NCBI GenBank assembly: GCA_964291495.2
Contig: OZ219874.1
Span: 1-64,000 of the forward strand
Reading direction: 5' to 3'
DNA: 64,000 nt
Source: Dehalococcoidia bacterium
Lineage (GTDB): Bacteria > Chloroflexota > Dehalococcoidia > UBA2979
Shown here piece by piece: positions 19,668 to 29,608 of this stretch. The notes under the pieces are model-generated. The model searched no databases and was not told the origin of the DNA. It was given only the letters and a program-made list of their open reading frames with translations. Each line of letters starts with the position of its first letter. Within the stretch, counting starts at the first letter, position 1. A program made the position numbers and the translations under genes.

Positions 19668-20258
19668 GTGGAACTAGCGGAACTCGCAGACATCCGACAA
19701 GGGATGGCGCTGGCCGGTCACGGCGTGGGCGCTCGGCCGGGCAACTGGGCCCTCCAGATGGTGGAGAGCGCCGACATTGTCGAGGACCGCCTGGCGCTCG
19801 AGGATCTCCGAACCATCGGGGTCCGGGAGACCATCCGGTCCGTCGCGCACCTCCTACATCCGTACGACATTCTCGTCACGGCCCGATCGCACACGGTCAA
19901 GGTCGCACTCGTCCCACCGGGCGTAATCCGAACCGTTGCGTCGGTGACGCTGCTCGTCGTCCGCACGCCCGACCCGGGCTCCGGCCTCGCGCACTTCCTC
20001 TGGTACTACCTGTCGTCCAGACAGGGCCGCGCCGAGATCACCTCGAAGCTGACCGCTACGTCCGTGCCGACGCTGTCGGCGAGATCTCTTGGTGAGGTGC
20101 CGGTGCCGGAGCCGTCGTCCGCCGAGCTGCGCCGCATCCCCGACCTCATCTTCCACGCCGAGGAGTCACGGAAAGCAGCCCTCGAGGCTGTGCGTGTGCG
20201 GCATGATGTGCTGCGGGATGAGATCATCGCCGAGATCCTGGCGAGAGGGGACGAGTAG
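19668..20258 (+). CDS. Short single-TRD HsdS-like protein
   Basis: LAELADIRQG, LHPYDILVTARS and a LS..SLGEVPVPEP + helix TRD/CR pattern. The stop is 2 nt before hsdM. Alternative start at 19623. Confidence 0.7.
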   Translation: MELAELADIRQGMALAGHGVGARPGNWALQMVESADIVEDRLALEDLRTIGVRETIRSVAHLLHPYDILVTARSHTVKVALVPPGVIRTVASVTLLVVRTPDPGSGLAHFLWYYLSSRQGRAEITSKLTATSVPTLSARSLGEVPVPEPSSAELRRIPDLIFHAEESRKAALEAVRVRHDVLRDEIIAEILARGDE

Positions 20259-20260
20259 CG

Positions 20261-21817
20261 ATGCCGCTCACCACGACGGAGCTCGAGTCCAAGCTGTGGG
20301 GCGCCGCGGACATTCTGCGCGGGCAGATCGACTCGAGCGACTACAAGAACTACATCTTCTCGATGCTCTTCCTGAAGCGGCTCTCCGACCGCTTCGCCGA
20401 GGAAGTCGAGCGCGCCGTCGCCGAGGGCGTCTCCCGCGAGGTCGCCGAGCGCGACCCCGACGAGCACGAGTTCTTCGTGCCGCCCGAGGCGCGCTGGGGC
20501 GAGATCGTCAGCGAGTCGATGAACCTCGGCGAGGTCGTGAACCGTGCGAGCGCGGAGATCGAGGAGGCGAACGCGCCTCGCCTGGACGGCGTGCTGCGCA
20601 ACACCAACTGGAACGACGAGTCGAAGCTCGGCAACCCGGTCAACCGCGACCGCATCATCAACAGCCTGCTACGGCACTTCGGCGAGCTCGACCTGAGCGA
20701 CGCGAACCTCACGCCCGCCGACGCCGAGGGCGCCGTGAACGTCCTCGGCGACGCCTACGAGTACCTGATCCGCCAGTTCGCCGACGACGCCGGCAAGAAG
20801 GGCGGCGAGTTCTACACGCCGCGCTCCGTCGTGCGGCTGATCGTCGAGCTGCTCGAGCCGGCCGAGGGCATGCGCATCTGCGACCCGACCGCCGGGTCGG
20901 CCGGCATGCTGATCTACGCCGCGCAGCACGTCGCCGAGCAGGACGGGGACACGCGCAACCTCGTGCTGCACGGGCAGGAGCGGAACCTGGGCACGCTCGC
21001 CATCGGCAAGCTGAACCTGCTGCTGCACGGGCTGCGCTCGGCCCGCTACGAGGGCGGCGACGTGATCGCGGAGCCGCAGCTGCTGGACGAACGCGGCCGG
21101 CTGTACTCCTACGACCGGGTGATCGCCAATCCGCCGTTCAGCCTCAAGGAGTGGGGGCGCGACTTCGCGCCGAACGACCCACATCACCGCTTCGACCGCT
21201 ACGGCGCGATCCCGCCAAAGACCCGCGGCGACCTCGCCTTCCTGCAGCACATGATCGCCGTCACGAACCCCACCGGGATGGTCGGCGTGGTAATGCCGCA
21301 CGGCATCCTCTTCCGCGGCGGCGCCGAGGGCACGATCCGCAAGGGCATCGTCGAGGCGGACCTGTTCGAGGCGATCATTGGACTGGCGCCCAACCTCTTC
21401 TACGGCGCCAGCATCCCGGTCGCGATCTGCATCCTCAACAAGGACAAGCCGCCGGAGCGGCGCGGCAAGGTGCTGTTCGTCGACGCGAACCAGCCCGACT
21501 ACTTCCGCGCCGGCAAGGCGCAGAACCTGCTCGACGACGAGCACGCCGCGAAGATCGTCGAGGCGTTCCGCGCGTACCAGGAGGTCGAGCGCTTCGCCCA
21601 CGTCGCCGACCTCGAAGAGATCGCGGCCAACGACTTCAACCTCAACATCAGCCGCTACGTCGACACCACCGAGCCGATCGAGGTGCTGAGCGTCGACGAG
21701 GCCCTGAAGCAGCTGCGTGACGCGGAGAAGGCGCGCGACGCGGCGGCGGCACGGATGGACGCGCTGCTCGCGGAGCTGGGGTATGCCGCCAGAGGCCAGG
21801 TAGAGGGGGCCGCATAG
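20261..21817 (+). CDS. hsdM: Type I R-M N6-adenine methyltransferase
   Basis: Motifs LWGAADILRG, GEFYTP, DPTAGSAGML, NPPF and NLNISRYV. Confidence 0.96.
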   Translation: MPLTTTELESKLWGAADILRGQIDSSDYKNYIFSMLFLKRLSDRFAEEVERAVAEGVSREVAERDPDEHEFFVPPEARWGEIVSESMNLGEVVNRASAEIEEANAPRLDGVLRNTNWNDESKLGNPVNRDRIINSLLRHFGELDLSDANLTPADAEGAVNVLGDAYEYLIRQFADDAGKKGGEFYTPRSVVRLIVELLEPAEGMRICDPTAGSAGMLIYAAQHVAEQDGDTRNLVLHGQERNLGTLAIGKLNLLLHGLRSARYEGGDVIAEPQLLDERGRLYSYDRVIANPPFSLKEWGRDFAPNDPHHRFDRYGAIPPKTRGDLAFLQHMIAVTNPTGMVGVVMPHGILFRGGAEGTIRKGIVEADLFEAIIGLAPNLFYGASIPVAICILNKDKPPERRGKVLFVDANQPDYFRAGKAQNLLDDEHAAKIVEAFRAYQEVERFAHVADLEEIAANDFNLNISRYVDTTEPIEVLSVDEALKQLRDAEKARDAAAARMDALLAELGYAARGQVEGAA

Positions 21818-22684
21818 TGTCTGGAGACTTGGTGGTCGACGTTGGTACGCTCACGAAGCCTGCCACAGTCCTGATCGAGAGAATCTCCGACGCCGTGGGT
21901 GGCATCGCAGAGCCGTATCAGATCGTGCGCGTTGCCAAGGCCGAAGCCAAGGCGGAGCGGATTCGTGCCGAATCCGAAATCGAGATAGCGGACCTGCGCT
22001 TCCGGGCACTGAACCGATTCGCCGCGGAGGAGACCGGCAAGCAACTGAACATGGAGAACATCGTCCGCAAGGCGCTCCCACGCCTCACGGACGACGCCGA
22101 GCCCGAGAAGATGGGGGTTGACTGGATCACGAACTTCTTCGAGAAGGCGCGCATCGTCTCCGACGAGGAGATGCAGGAGCTGTGGTCCCGTGTCCTCGCC
22201 CGGAGAGGCGAATAACTCAGAGAGTTTCTCACGCAAGGCCATCAACATTTTGCATGACATGGATGCTCATGCGGCAGACCTCTTCAGGGCGGCCTGTGGT
22301 TTCTCTTGGAGCATCGCCGGCGGAGACACTGAACTGCTGGTATATGTCCAGTCGGATGACGCACGCGAGATCTACGGTGCGGAGGGCATCACCCTACGCT
22401 CACTGATGGACCTGCAAGCCCTCGGGCTCCTGACGCTGGAGCCACAAGGTGTCAAACGGACTAGCCTGCCGCCGACGTTCATCGCGTCCTACTTCGGCAG
22501 TTCGATTGAATTGACGCTGCCGCCCTCTTCGAAGATGGAGCTCGCTCTAGGCGACGTGTACCTCACGGCTTCCGGTCGACAGCTCGCGTCGATCTGCAGC
22601 GCCGAGCCGGTTGACGGCTTCTTTGAGTTCGTCCGCGCGCGATGGGAGGGTATTCGTGAAGTTGCGTCGCTCAAGGTGCTCTGA
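21817..22684 (+). pseudogene. DUF2806-like protein, frameshifted near 22200
   Basis: DWITNFFEKARIVSDEEMQELWSRVLA/GEANNSESFSRKAINIL is split across ORFs 21817..22215 and 22118..22684 by one extra C. This may be a sequencing error. Confidence 0.7.
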
Positions 22685-22756
22685 CGCTCTCGCGGTCGAC
22701 CAACGCGGCGTGGCTCTGGATGTCGAGGTTCGAGCCCCGCAGGAGGCGCGGGCGGG

Positions 22757-24025
22757 ATGACACGCGAGCCCGCCGCAGTCCCCGACGGCTGGCGGGTCGT
22801 GCGCCTCGGGGATGTCTGTGCCCCACCCACTTACGGTGCCAACGCACCGGCGCGTCCATTCGACCCCGACCTGCCGCGGTATGTGCGGATCACCGACATT
22901 ACTGACGATGGTCGGTTACTAAGCGACGACCCGCGATCGGCAGAACCCGAGAAGGTCCGAGGTTATGAGCTCTGCGCGGGCGACCTTCTGTTCGCCCGGA
23001 GCGGGAGCGTGGGGAGAACGTACCTGTATCGGCCCGACGACGGCCCCTGCGTCTTTGCTGGCTACCTCATTCGCTTCCGGCCCAACCCCGCCGTCACGCT
23101 GCCACGTTTCGTAGAACTCACAACGCGCACGTCTCGCTATCGTCGCTGGACAGCTTCGATGTTGCGCGTCGGAGCGCAGCCGAACATCAACGCAACCGAG
23201 TACAGTTCCCTGCCGATCCTCCTCCCGCCCCTCGCCGAGCAGCGCGCCATCGCCGCCGTCCTCGACTCCATCGACGAGGCGATCGAGCGAACCGAGGAGG
23301 TCATCGCCGCCACGGAGCGCCTCCGCGACGCCCTGCTCCACGAGCTGCTGACCCGCGGCCTGCCCGGCCGGCACTCGGAGTGGGCGGACGTGCCCGGTCT
23401 CGGGACCGTGCCGACGTCCTGGGACGTCGTGCGGCTGGGGGAGGTGTGCCGCCGACCCGAGTACGGAGCGAACACTCCCGCACTCCCCTTCGACCCTGCC
23501 CTCTCCCGCTACGTGCGGATCACCGACATCACCGACGACGGCCGCCTGCGTCAGGACGATGCTCGGTCTGCGGAACCATCAGCTACGGCGGGCTACGAAC
23601 TCGAAGCTGGCGACCTGCTGTTCGCTCGGAGTGGCAGCGTTGGTCGGACGTACCTCTATCGCGGCGAGGAAGGCCCGTGCGTGTACGCGGGGTACCTGAT
23701 CAAGTTCCAGGCCCTGCCCGAGGTAGCCAGACCAGAGTTCCTCGAGCGATGCACACGCTCGCAGTTCTATCAGAGGTGGGTGACCTCGATGTTGCGTGTG
23801 GGCGCCCAGCCGAACATCAACGCGGCCGAGTACTCGTCGCTCCGCATCCCTCTCCCACCTCTCGAGGAGCAACGTGCCATCGCCGCCGCCCTCGATAGCG
23901 TCGACGGCGCGATCGACCGGGCGCGCGAGGAGCGGGCGCGGCTACACTCGTTGCACGCGTCGGCGGCGGATGCGCTGTTGACGGGGCGCGTGCGGGTGGC
24001 GGGGCTAGGGGCTGATGAATCTTGA
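22757..24025 (+). CDS. hsdS: Type I R-M specificity subunit with two highly similar TRDs
   Basis: TRD-CR-TRD-CR layout, PPL.EQRAIAA twice, and a C-terminal LLTGRVRV. Confidence 0.95.
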   Translation: MTREPAAVPDGWRVVRLGDVCAPPTYGANAPARPFDPDLPRYVRITDITDDGRLLSDDPRSAEPEKVRGYELCAGDLLFARSGSVGRTYLYRPDDGPCVFAGYLIRFRPNPAVTLPRFVELTTRTSRYRRWTASMLRVGAQPNINATEYSSLPILLPPLAEQRAIAAVLDSIDEAIERTEEVIAATERLRDALLHELLTRGLPGRHSEWADVPGLGTVPTSWDVVRLGEVCRRPEYGANTPALPFDPALSRYVRITDITDDGRLRQDDARSAEPSATAGYELEAGDLLFARSGSVGRTYLYRGEEGPCVYAGYLIKFQALPEVARPEFLERCTRSQFYQRWVTSMLRVGAQPNINAAEYSSLRIPLPPLEEQRAIAAALDSVDGAIDRAREERARLHSLHASAADALLTGRVRVAGLGADES

Positions 24026-25281
24026 CCTACTACTACCACGTCCGGATTACCCAGGCTTCGTATCGGATTACCGACGAGATCAGGCTGGACATCACATCCG
24101 ATGAACTGGAACGCCGATTCCTTCAGCCCTACCGTCTGGGGCGGCCAATAGCCATCGCTGGAAAATCGATCCCAGCGGATGACATCGAACGGATACGGAT
24201 TTCGAGGACCGAGCACCCCGCCGAAAGTTTCCGCCCTGACGTCGAGCGGTCTCGGCGCGAGAGCGGTTCCATCCTGTCGACGGAGTGGCTCATCGCGGAC
24301 CGTGGCACAGACGTGACCGACGAGTTCATCACCGGGCCTCCGGGGGCCGAGATCAGCCCGGCCGCAAGCTCAATTGAGCAACCCCGCCGCTCAGTCGATT
24401 CCGCGAAGGTGTTCGTTGTTCATGGTCGCAATCTTCAGGCTCGCAATGCCCTCTTTGCGCTTCTGAGAGCCATCGACCTCCGCCCAGTGGAATGGTCCGA
24501 GGCGGTTGCCGCGACAGGCAAGTCAAGCCCATACATCGGCGAGATACTGGACGAGGCTTTCACCGCCGCTCAGGCGGTTGTGGTTCTCTTTACGCCCGAC
24601 GACGAGGCCAGGCTCAAGGAGCCGTTCCTGAGCGAAGGCGACCCCGCCCATGAGTCTGAATTGACCGGACAGGCGAGACCCAACGTACTGTTCGAGGCAG
24701 GCATGGCGATGGCGCGCGATCAGGCGAGGACGGTGCTCGTCGAACTTGGCACCCTGCGTCCGTTCAGCGACATTGGCGGGCGTCACACGATCCGGCTTGA
24801 TGGCTCTACCGAACGTCGGCAAGAGCTAGCACAACGGCTCAAGGATGCTGGTTGTCCCGTGAATCTCGACGGAACGGACTGGCATACCACGGGTGACTTC
24901 GACGCGGCTCTGGAACAGAGTCCGCCGAAGCCACAGCAGGACATCACTGACACTCTCGAAGAGCAACGGTTCGACGAGATACTCCGAGGCTCAAGAGGTG
25001 TTCGGACACGCATTTCGCGATTCTTGGATCCCGCGACTCACAACAGGACGACCACTGAAGCACAAGATCTTCTGATCGAGCTAGGCGCGTTAGCGGCACA
25101 GATGTCCGCCTTGGGAATGCACGAACTGAACGAGCGGCTAGAGGTTCCCGCAGACACGCGAGAGAGGCTTACCAGAATCCTGCAGAGCCTTGTGTATTTG
25201 GAGATGCACATAGTCAACCGGAGTTTTGAAGATGCCAAGCGAAAGTTCGCCTCCTACGACCCCGCAGCTGACGACGAGTGA
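24022..25281 (+). CDS. TIR-domain protein (Cap12/Pycsar-type, PF10137-like)
   Basis: KVFVVHGRN, AVVVLFTPDD and ARPNVLFEAG (catalytic Glu). The TTG start overlaps the hsdS stop. Confidence 0.85.
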   Translation: MTYYYHVRITQASYRITDEIRLDITSDELERRFLQPYRLGRPIAIAGKSIPADDIERIRISRTEHPAESFRPDVERSRRESGSILSTEWLIADRGTDVTDEFITGPPGAEISPAASSIEQPRRSVDSAKVFVVHGRNLQARNALFALLRAIDLRPVEWSEAVAATGKSSPYIGEILDEAFTAAQAVVVLFTPDDEARLKEPFLSEGDPAHESELTGQARPNVLFEAGMAMARDQARTVLVELGTLRPFSDIGGRHTIRLDGSTERRQELAQRLKDAGCPVNLDGTDWHTTGDFDAALEQSPPKPQQDITDTLEEQRFDEILRGSRGVRTRISRFLDPATHNRTTTEAQDLLIELGALAAQMSALGMHELNERLEVPADTRERLTRILQSLVYLEMHIVNRSFEDAKRKFASYDPAADDE

Positions 25282-25548
25282 GCTCCTGGGGCGGCATAGG
25301 TACGGGCACCGCGTCAGCGTACCGGGTCCGGTCGCGTTCGCGTCCAGTGGCTGGACGGCCGCATGAAGGTGATCGGGACGGTCCTAGTGACGCCCCCGCC
25401 AAGCTGAACGAGTTCAACTTCACCAAAGGAACCCCGCGCGAACTCCTCGATCGGCTCTGCTACGCGTACGTGCCGCGCGAGGCGCTGGCGGCGGAGCGGG
25501 CGGTGATATGATCGTCGCTCCCCCACCGTCCGAGGGAGGGTTGACGCC

Positions 25549-26070
25549 GTGCGCATCTCCGGGCAAGGCCGCATCACCATCCCCAAGCCGCTGCGCGAAC
25601 GCCTCGGCCTGGATTGCGGCGCTGAGGTCGAGGTCACGCCGCACGATGGCGGCGTGCTGATCCGCCGGCGCGACGCCGCCGACGATGCCGTGCAGGCCGC
25701 CGTCGGCGGCCGCCTGCGGGGGGTGGACACGGAGCAGCGCACCGCCCAGCTGCACGAGTACGGCCGCCCCGGCCACATCCCGCTGCGCTTCGCCCCCGAT
25801 CTCGACACCGAGATGCGCCGGCTGGAGACGCAGTACGTCGAGGTCCGCGGCGCGGGCCGCATCGACGACGACCGCGACAGGTGGCTCGAGGTGTGGGTCG
25901 AGGAACTGCGCGAGACCCGCTCGTGGCGGGAGCCGTTCGACCTCCAGGCCTTCCTCGACGACCCCAAGCCGAAGCTCTTCGACCCGGACACGGTCCCTAC
26001 GATCGACCTGTCGGATGAGGAGTTCGAGTCGTTCCTCGATGCGATCCGCGTAGGGCGCGGGAGTTCATGA
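25549..26070 (+). CDS. AbrB/MazE-domain antitoxin (extended)
   Basis: QGRITIPKPLRERLGL..G.EV and an acidic C-terminus. ATGA overlap with the PIN gene. Confidence 0.75.
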   Translation: MRISGQGRITIPKPLRERLGLDCGAEVEVTPHDGGVLIRRRDAADDAVQAAVGGRLRGVDTEQRTAQLHEYGRPGHIPLRFAPDLDTEMRRLETQYVEVRGAGRIDDDRDRWLEVWVEELRETRSWREPFDLQAFLDDPKPKLFDPDTVPTIDLSDEEFESFLDAIRVGRGSS

Positions 26071-26480
26071 CCTCCAGCGTCGGGCTGGTCGTCCTCGACA
26101 GCACGGTGAGCTCGTTCCTGATGCACGATCGCGGGCAGGCCGACTACTACCGTCGCGCCATCGTGGGGCTCACGCCGGTGCTCCCGTTCCAGGCGGTCGA
26201 GGAGGCTTGGTTCGGGGCGATCAGGGACAACTGGGGCGATCGCCGCAGGGCTGAACTCCAGAGCCACATCGAGCGGTTCGAGGTCATCTGGCCGAACGAG
26301 GAGATGGTGCGGATCTCCGCCCGCCTGCGCAGTGAGCGGGAGCAGGCCGGGCGCAGGCTCACCACCGCCGACGCCTGGATCGCCGCAACGGCGCTGATGC
26401 TGGGTTGCCCCCTCGCCTCCCACGACGGCGACTTCTCGGGCATCCCCGACCTTGAACTGATCCGCGCCCCTCAGCCATGA
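26067..26480 (+). CDS. PIN-domain (VapC-like) toxin
   Basis: Acidic PIN motifs VVLDSTVSS, E, ADAWIAATA and SHDGDF. Confidence 0.9.
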   Translation: MTSSVGLVVLDSTVSSFLMHDRGQADYYRRAIVGLTPVLPFQAVEEAWFGAIRDNWGDRRRAELQSHIERFEVIWPNEEMVRISARLRSEREQAGRRLTTADAWIAATALMLGCPLASHDGDFSGIPDLELIRAPQP

Positions 26481-29400
26481 CCACCCCCGCCAAACTCAAC
26501 GAGCTCAACTCCGCCGAGGACCCCGCTCGCAAGCTCCTCGAGCGGCTCGGGTACGAGTACGTGCCTCGCGAGGAGCTCGCGGAGGAGCGCGAGGGCGAGC
26601 GGGAGGTGCTGCTCAAGGGCCGCCTGACGGCGGCGCTGCTCCGACTCAACGAGTGGATGACCGAGGACCAGGCGCAGCGCGTCATCTTCAACCTCCAGCA
26701 CGTCGACGCCACCGGCCTCGCGCGTAACCAGGCGATCCACACCTACCTCGCCTACGGCATGCCGCTCACCATCGACCTCGAGGGCCGGCAGGAGACGCCG
26801 ACGGTCCGCTTCTTCGACTTCGACCACCCCGAGCCCGGCGCCGGCCTCAACGAGTACCTCGTCACGACGCAGTTCCGCGTCCGCCGCGGCAACGAGCGCG
26901 GCAGCGCCGCCGCCTCCGAGGACGACGAGAAAGTCATCAAGCCGGACCTCGTGCTGTTCGTGAACGGCATCCCTCTCGTCGTGATGGAGGCGAAGTCGCC
27001 CACGCTGATGGAGGTCTGGAAGACCAAGGCGGTGAAGCAGCTGCACCGCTACCAGGAGGCGGGCCCGGAGTGGCACGGCGCCGGCGCGCCGGAGCTGTTC
27101 GACACCAACCTCCTGTGCGTCGCCCACTGCGGAGCGGACGCGGCCTTCGGCGCTCTCGGCGCTCCCGAGAACGCCTACGTCGGCTGGAAGTCGATCGAGC
27201 AGCTCACGGAAGCGGAGTTCGAGCGCCAGTACGGGGAGCCCCCCGAGGGCCAGGCGCGGCTCATCGGCGGCCTGCTCAACCCTCCGGTGCTGCTCGACAT
27301 CCTGCGCGACTTCGTCGTCTTCCAGCCGGAGCGCGGGCGGCTCGTGAAGAAGCTGCCGCGCTACCAGCAGTACCGCGCCGTCACGAACGGCGTCACGCGC
27401 ATCCTCGGCGGTCGCACGCCCGAGGAGCGCGGCGGCGTGGTCTGGCACACCCAGGGCTCGGGCAAGTCGCTGACGATGCTCTGGCTCGCGACGAAGCTGC
27501 GGCGCTCGCCGGCGCTGCGCAACCCGACGATCGTCGTCGTCACCGACCGCACGCAGCTTGATCGCCAGATCACGAGCACCTTCCGCGCCGCCTTCGTCCC
27601 GGGTGAGCCCGAGCGCGCCGACAGCACGCGGCAGCTGCGCGAGCTCCTGCGCACGAGCAGCGGCCGGACGGTCATGACGACGATCCAGAAGTTCGAGGAG
27701 GTCCTGGGCGCACCCGCGGGCGACCTTACCTCCCTCAACAACGCCGACAACGTCGTCGTGATGCTCGACGAGGCGCACCGCACGCAGTACGGCCTGCTCG
27801 CCTCGAAGATGCGGGCCGCGCTGCCCAACGCGACGTTCCTCGGCTTCACCGGCACGCCAATCGACAAGGGGTTCCGGCGGACCACGCTCGGCGTCTTCGG
27901 CGGACTGATCGACTCCTACACCATCCCGCAGTCCGTCGAGGACGGCGCGACCGTGCCGATCCACTACGAGGCTCGCCTGCCGGACCTGCACGTCGAGGGC
28001 CCGGAGACCCTCGACCGCCTCTTCGACGCGCTGTTCGGCGACGAGCCGGAGGAGACGCGCGCCGAGATTCGCCGGCGCTACGCGAACCGGGAGCGGATCG
28101 CGCAGGCCGCGAAGCGCATCGAGGCGATCGCGCTCGACATCGCCGACCACTTCAAGAAGAAGATCCAGCCCAACGGTTTCAAGGCGCAGGTCGTCGTGCC
28201 GAGCCGCGAGGCCGCCCTGCGCTACGCCGAGCACCTCAACGCCTTCGGGCTCTCTGCCTATCCGGTCATCACTGTCACCAACAACGACGGTCGCGAGTTC
28301 CAGGTCGCCCGCGACCTGAACGAGGACGAGATCGTCGGACAGTTCACGGACCCGGACGGCGAGGCGCAGATCCTCGTTGTCGTCGACAAGCTGATCACCG
28401 GCTTCGACGCGCCGGTCGAGCAGGTCCTCTACCTCGACCGCGCGATGCGAGACCACACGCTGCTGCAAGCGATCGCGCGGGTGAACCGCCGCTTCTCCCG
28501 CACCGAGAACGGCGTCACGACCGAGAAGACCTACGGCCTGGTGGTCGACTACCACGGCGTCTCGCGCGAGCTCGAGAGCGCCCTCGAGATCTTCGACCAC
28601 GGCGACGTCGCGGAGGCCATGAAGGAGCTGCCCGAGGACCCGGGCCCCACCATCCAGGCGTGGGCCGACCGGGCCGAGTCCCACTTCCGCGGGCTCGACC
28701 TCGACGACCCGTGGGCCTGCGTGCACCACTTCGACGCCGACGCAAACACGGAGGGCGACTACAAGGCGGACGCCTACGAGCACTTCGATAGCGACTACCG
28801 CGAGTTCTCGAAGCTGATGGATCGGTTTCTGCCCGACAAGGCCGCCCGCGACTACCTCGACCGCCTGCGCCGCCTGACGGTGATCCGCTCGTACGCGCGG
28901 GCGCTCTTCCTGCGTGAGCGCGCCGACATCGACTGGACCGCGGTGGGCGCCAAGGTGAAGCAACTGCTCGACTCCCGCATCGACGCGGAGGTCCGCACGC
29001 TGATGGCGCCCGTCTCCATCCTCGACGCCGACTTCGAGCAGAAGATCGAGCGGCTCCCCCACGACGAAGCGCGCGCCTCGGTCATGGAGCACGCGCTCCG
29101 TGCGCAAATCAAGGAGAACGTCGACAAGAACCCCGCGTTCTACGAGCGCCTCTCGGAAGCCCTCGAACGCATCATCCGCGAGCTGCGCGCAAGGTTGATC
29201 GACGCCGCCGAAGGCTCCCGGCGGATGGCGGCGCTGCAGAGCGAGATCCGCCGCGAGGAAGCGATCGCGTCGGAGCAGGGGCTGACGCCCGTTTCGTTCG
29301 CCGTCTACGGCCTTCTCGCCGGTGGTGCCTCCAACGGTGCAGGTGGCGGCGTACCGGGCCGGGTTTCGGAGGAGCCAACGGAGTTCCACGTCGAGTTCGA

Positions 29401-29608
29401 CGACTCGCTGAAGGAGGCCGCGCGCGACATCGACGCCATCCTCGATGAGCATCGCTCGATCATCGACTGGTGGGAGAACCTCGACGTCCAGCGCGAGATG
29501 CGCCGCGACATCAAGCGGCTCCTTCGCCGCACGAACCGCTACGAGGAGGCCGAGCTCGACGAGCTGGTGCGGCAGGTCGTCGAGGTGGCGCGGCGGCGAC
29601 TCGCATGA
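26477..29608 (+). CDS. hsdR: Type I R-M restriction subunit
   Basis: PDLVLFVNGIPLVVMEAK nuclease motif, WHTQGSGKS, DEAHR, FTGTP, TGFD and QAIARVNR. Confidence 0.97.
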   Translation: MTTPAKLNELNSAEDPARKLLERLGYEYVPREELAEEREGEREVLLKGRLTAALLRLNEWMTEDQAQRVIFNLQHVDATGLARNQAIHTYLAYGMPLTIDLEGRQETPTVRFFDFDHPEPGAGLNEYLVTTQFRVRRGNERGSAAASEDDEKVIKPDLVLFVNGIPLVVMEAKSPTLMEVWKTKAVKQLHRYQEAGPEWHGAGAPELFDTNLLCVAHCGADAAFGALGAPENAYVGWKSIEQLTEAEFERQYGEPPEGQARLIGGLLNPPVLLDILRDFVVFQPERGRLVKKLPRYQQYRAVTNGVTRILGGRTPEERGGVVWHTQGSGKSLTMLWLATKLRRSPALRNPTIVVVTDRTQLDRQITSTFRAAFVPGEPERADSTRQLRELLRTSSGRTVMTTIQKFEEVLGAPAGDLTSLNNADNVVVMLDEAHRTQYGLLASKMRAALPNATFLGFTGTPIDKGFRRTTLGVFGGLIDSYTIPQSVEDGATVPIHYEARLPDLHVEGPETLDRLFDALFGDEPEETRAEIRRRYANRERIAQAAKRIEAIALDIADHFKKKIQPNGFKAQVVVPSREAALRYAEHLNAFGLSAYPVITVTNNDGREFQVARDLNEDEIVGQFTDPDGEAQILVVVDKLITGFDAPVEQVLYLDRAMRDHTLLQAIARVNRRFSRTENGVTTEKTYGLVVDYHGVSRELESALEIFDHGDVAEAMKELPEDPGPTIQAWADRAESHFRGLDLDDPWACVHHFDADANTEGDYKADAYEHFDSDYREFSKLMDRFLPDKAARDYLDRLRRLTVIRSYARALFLRERADIDWTAVGAKVKQLLDSRIDAEVRTLMAPVSILDADFEQKIERLPHDEARASVMEHALRAQIKENVDKNPAFYERLSEALERIIRELRARLIDAAEGSRRMAALQSEIRREEAIASEQGLTPVSFAVYGLLAGGASNGAGGGVPGRVSEEPTEFHVEFDDSLKEAARDIDAILDEHRSIIDWWENLDVQREMRRDIKRLLRRTNRYEEAELDELVRQVVEVARRRLA

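Noticed and set aside
26471-29452. 993-aa minus-strand ORF
   Set aside because: Antisense shadow of hsdR.
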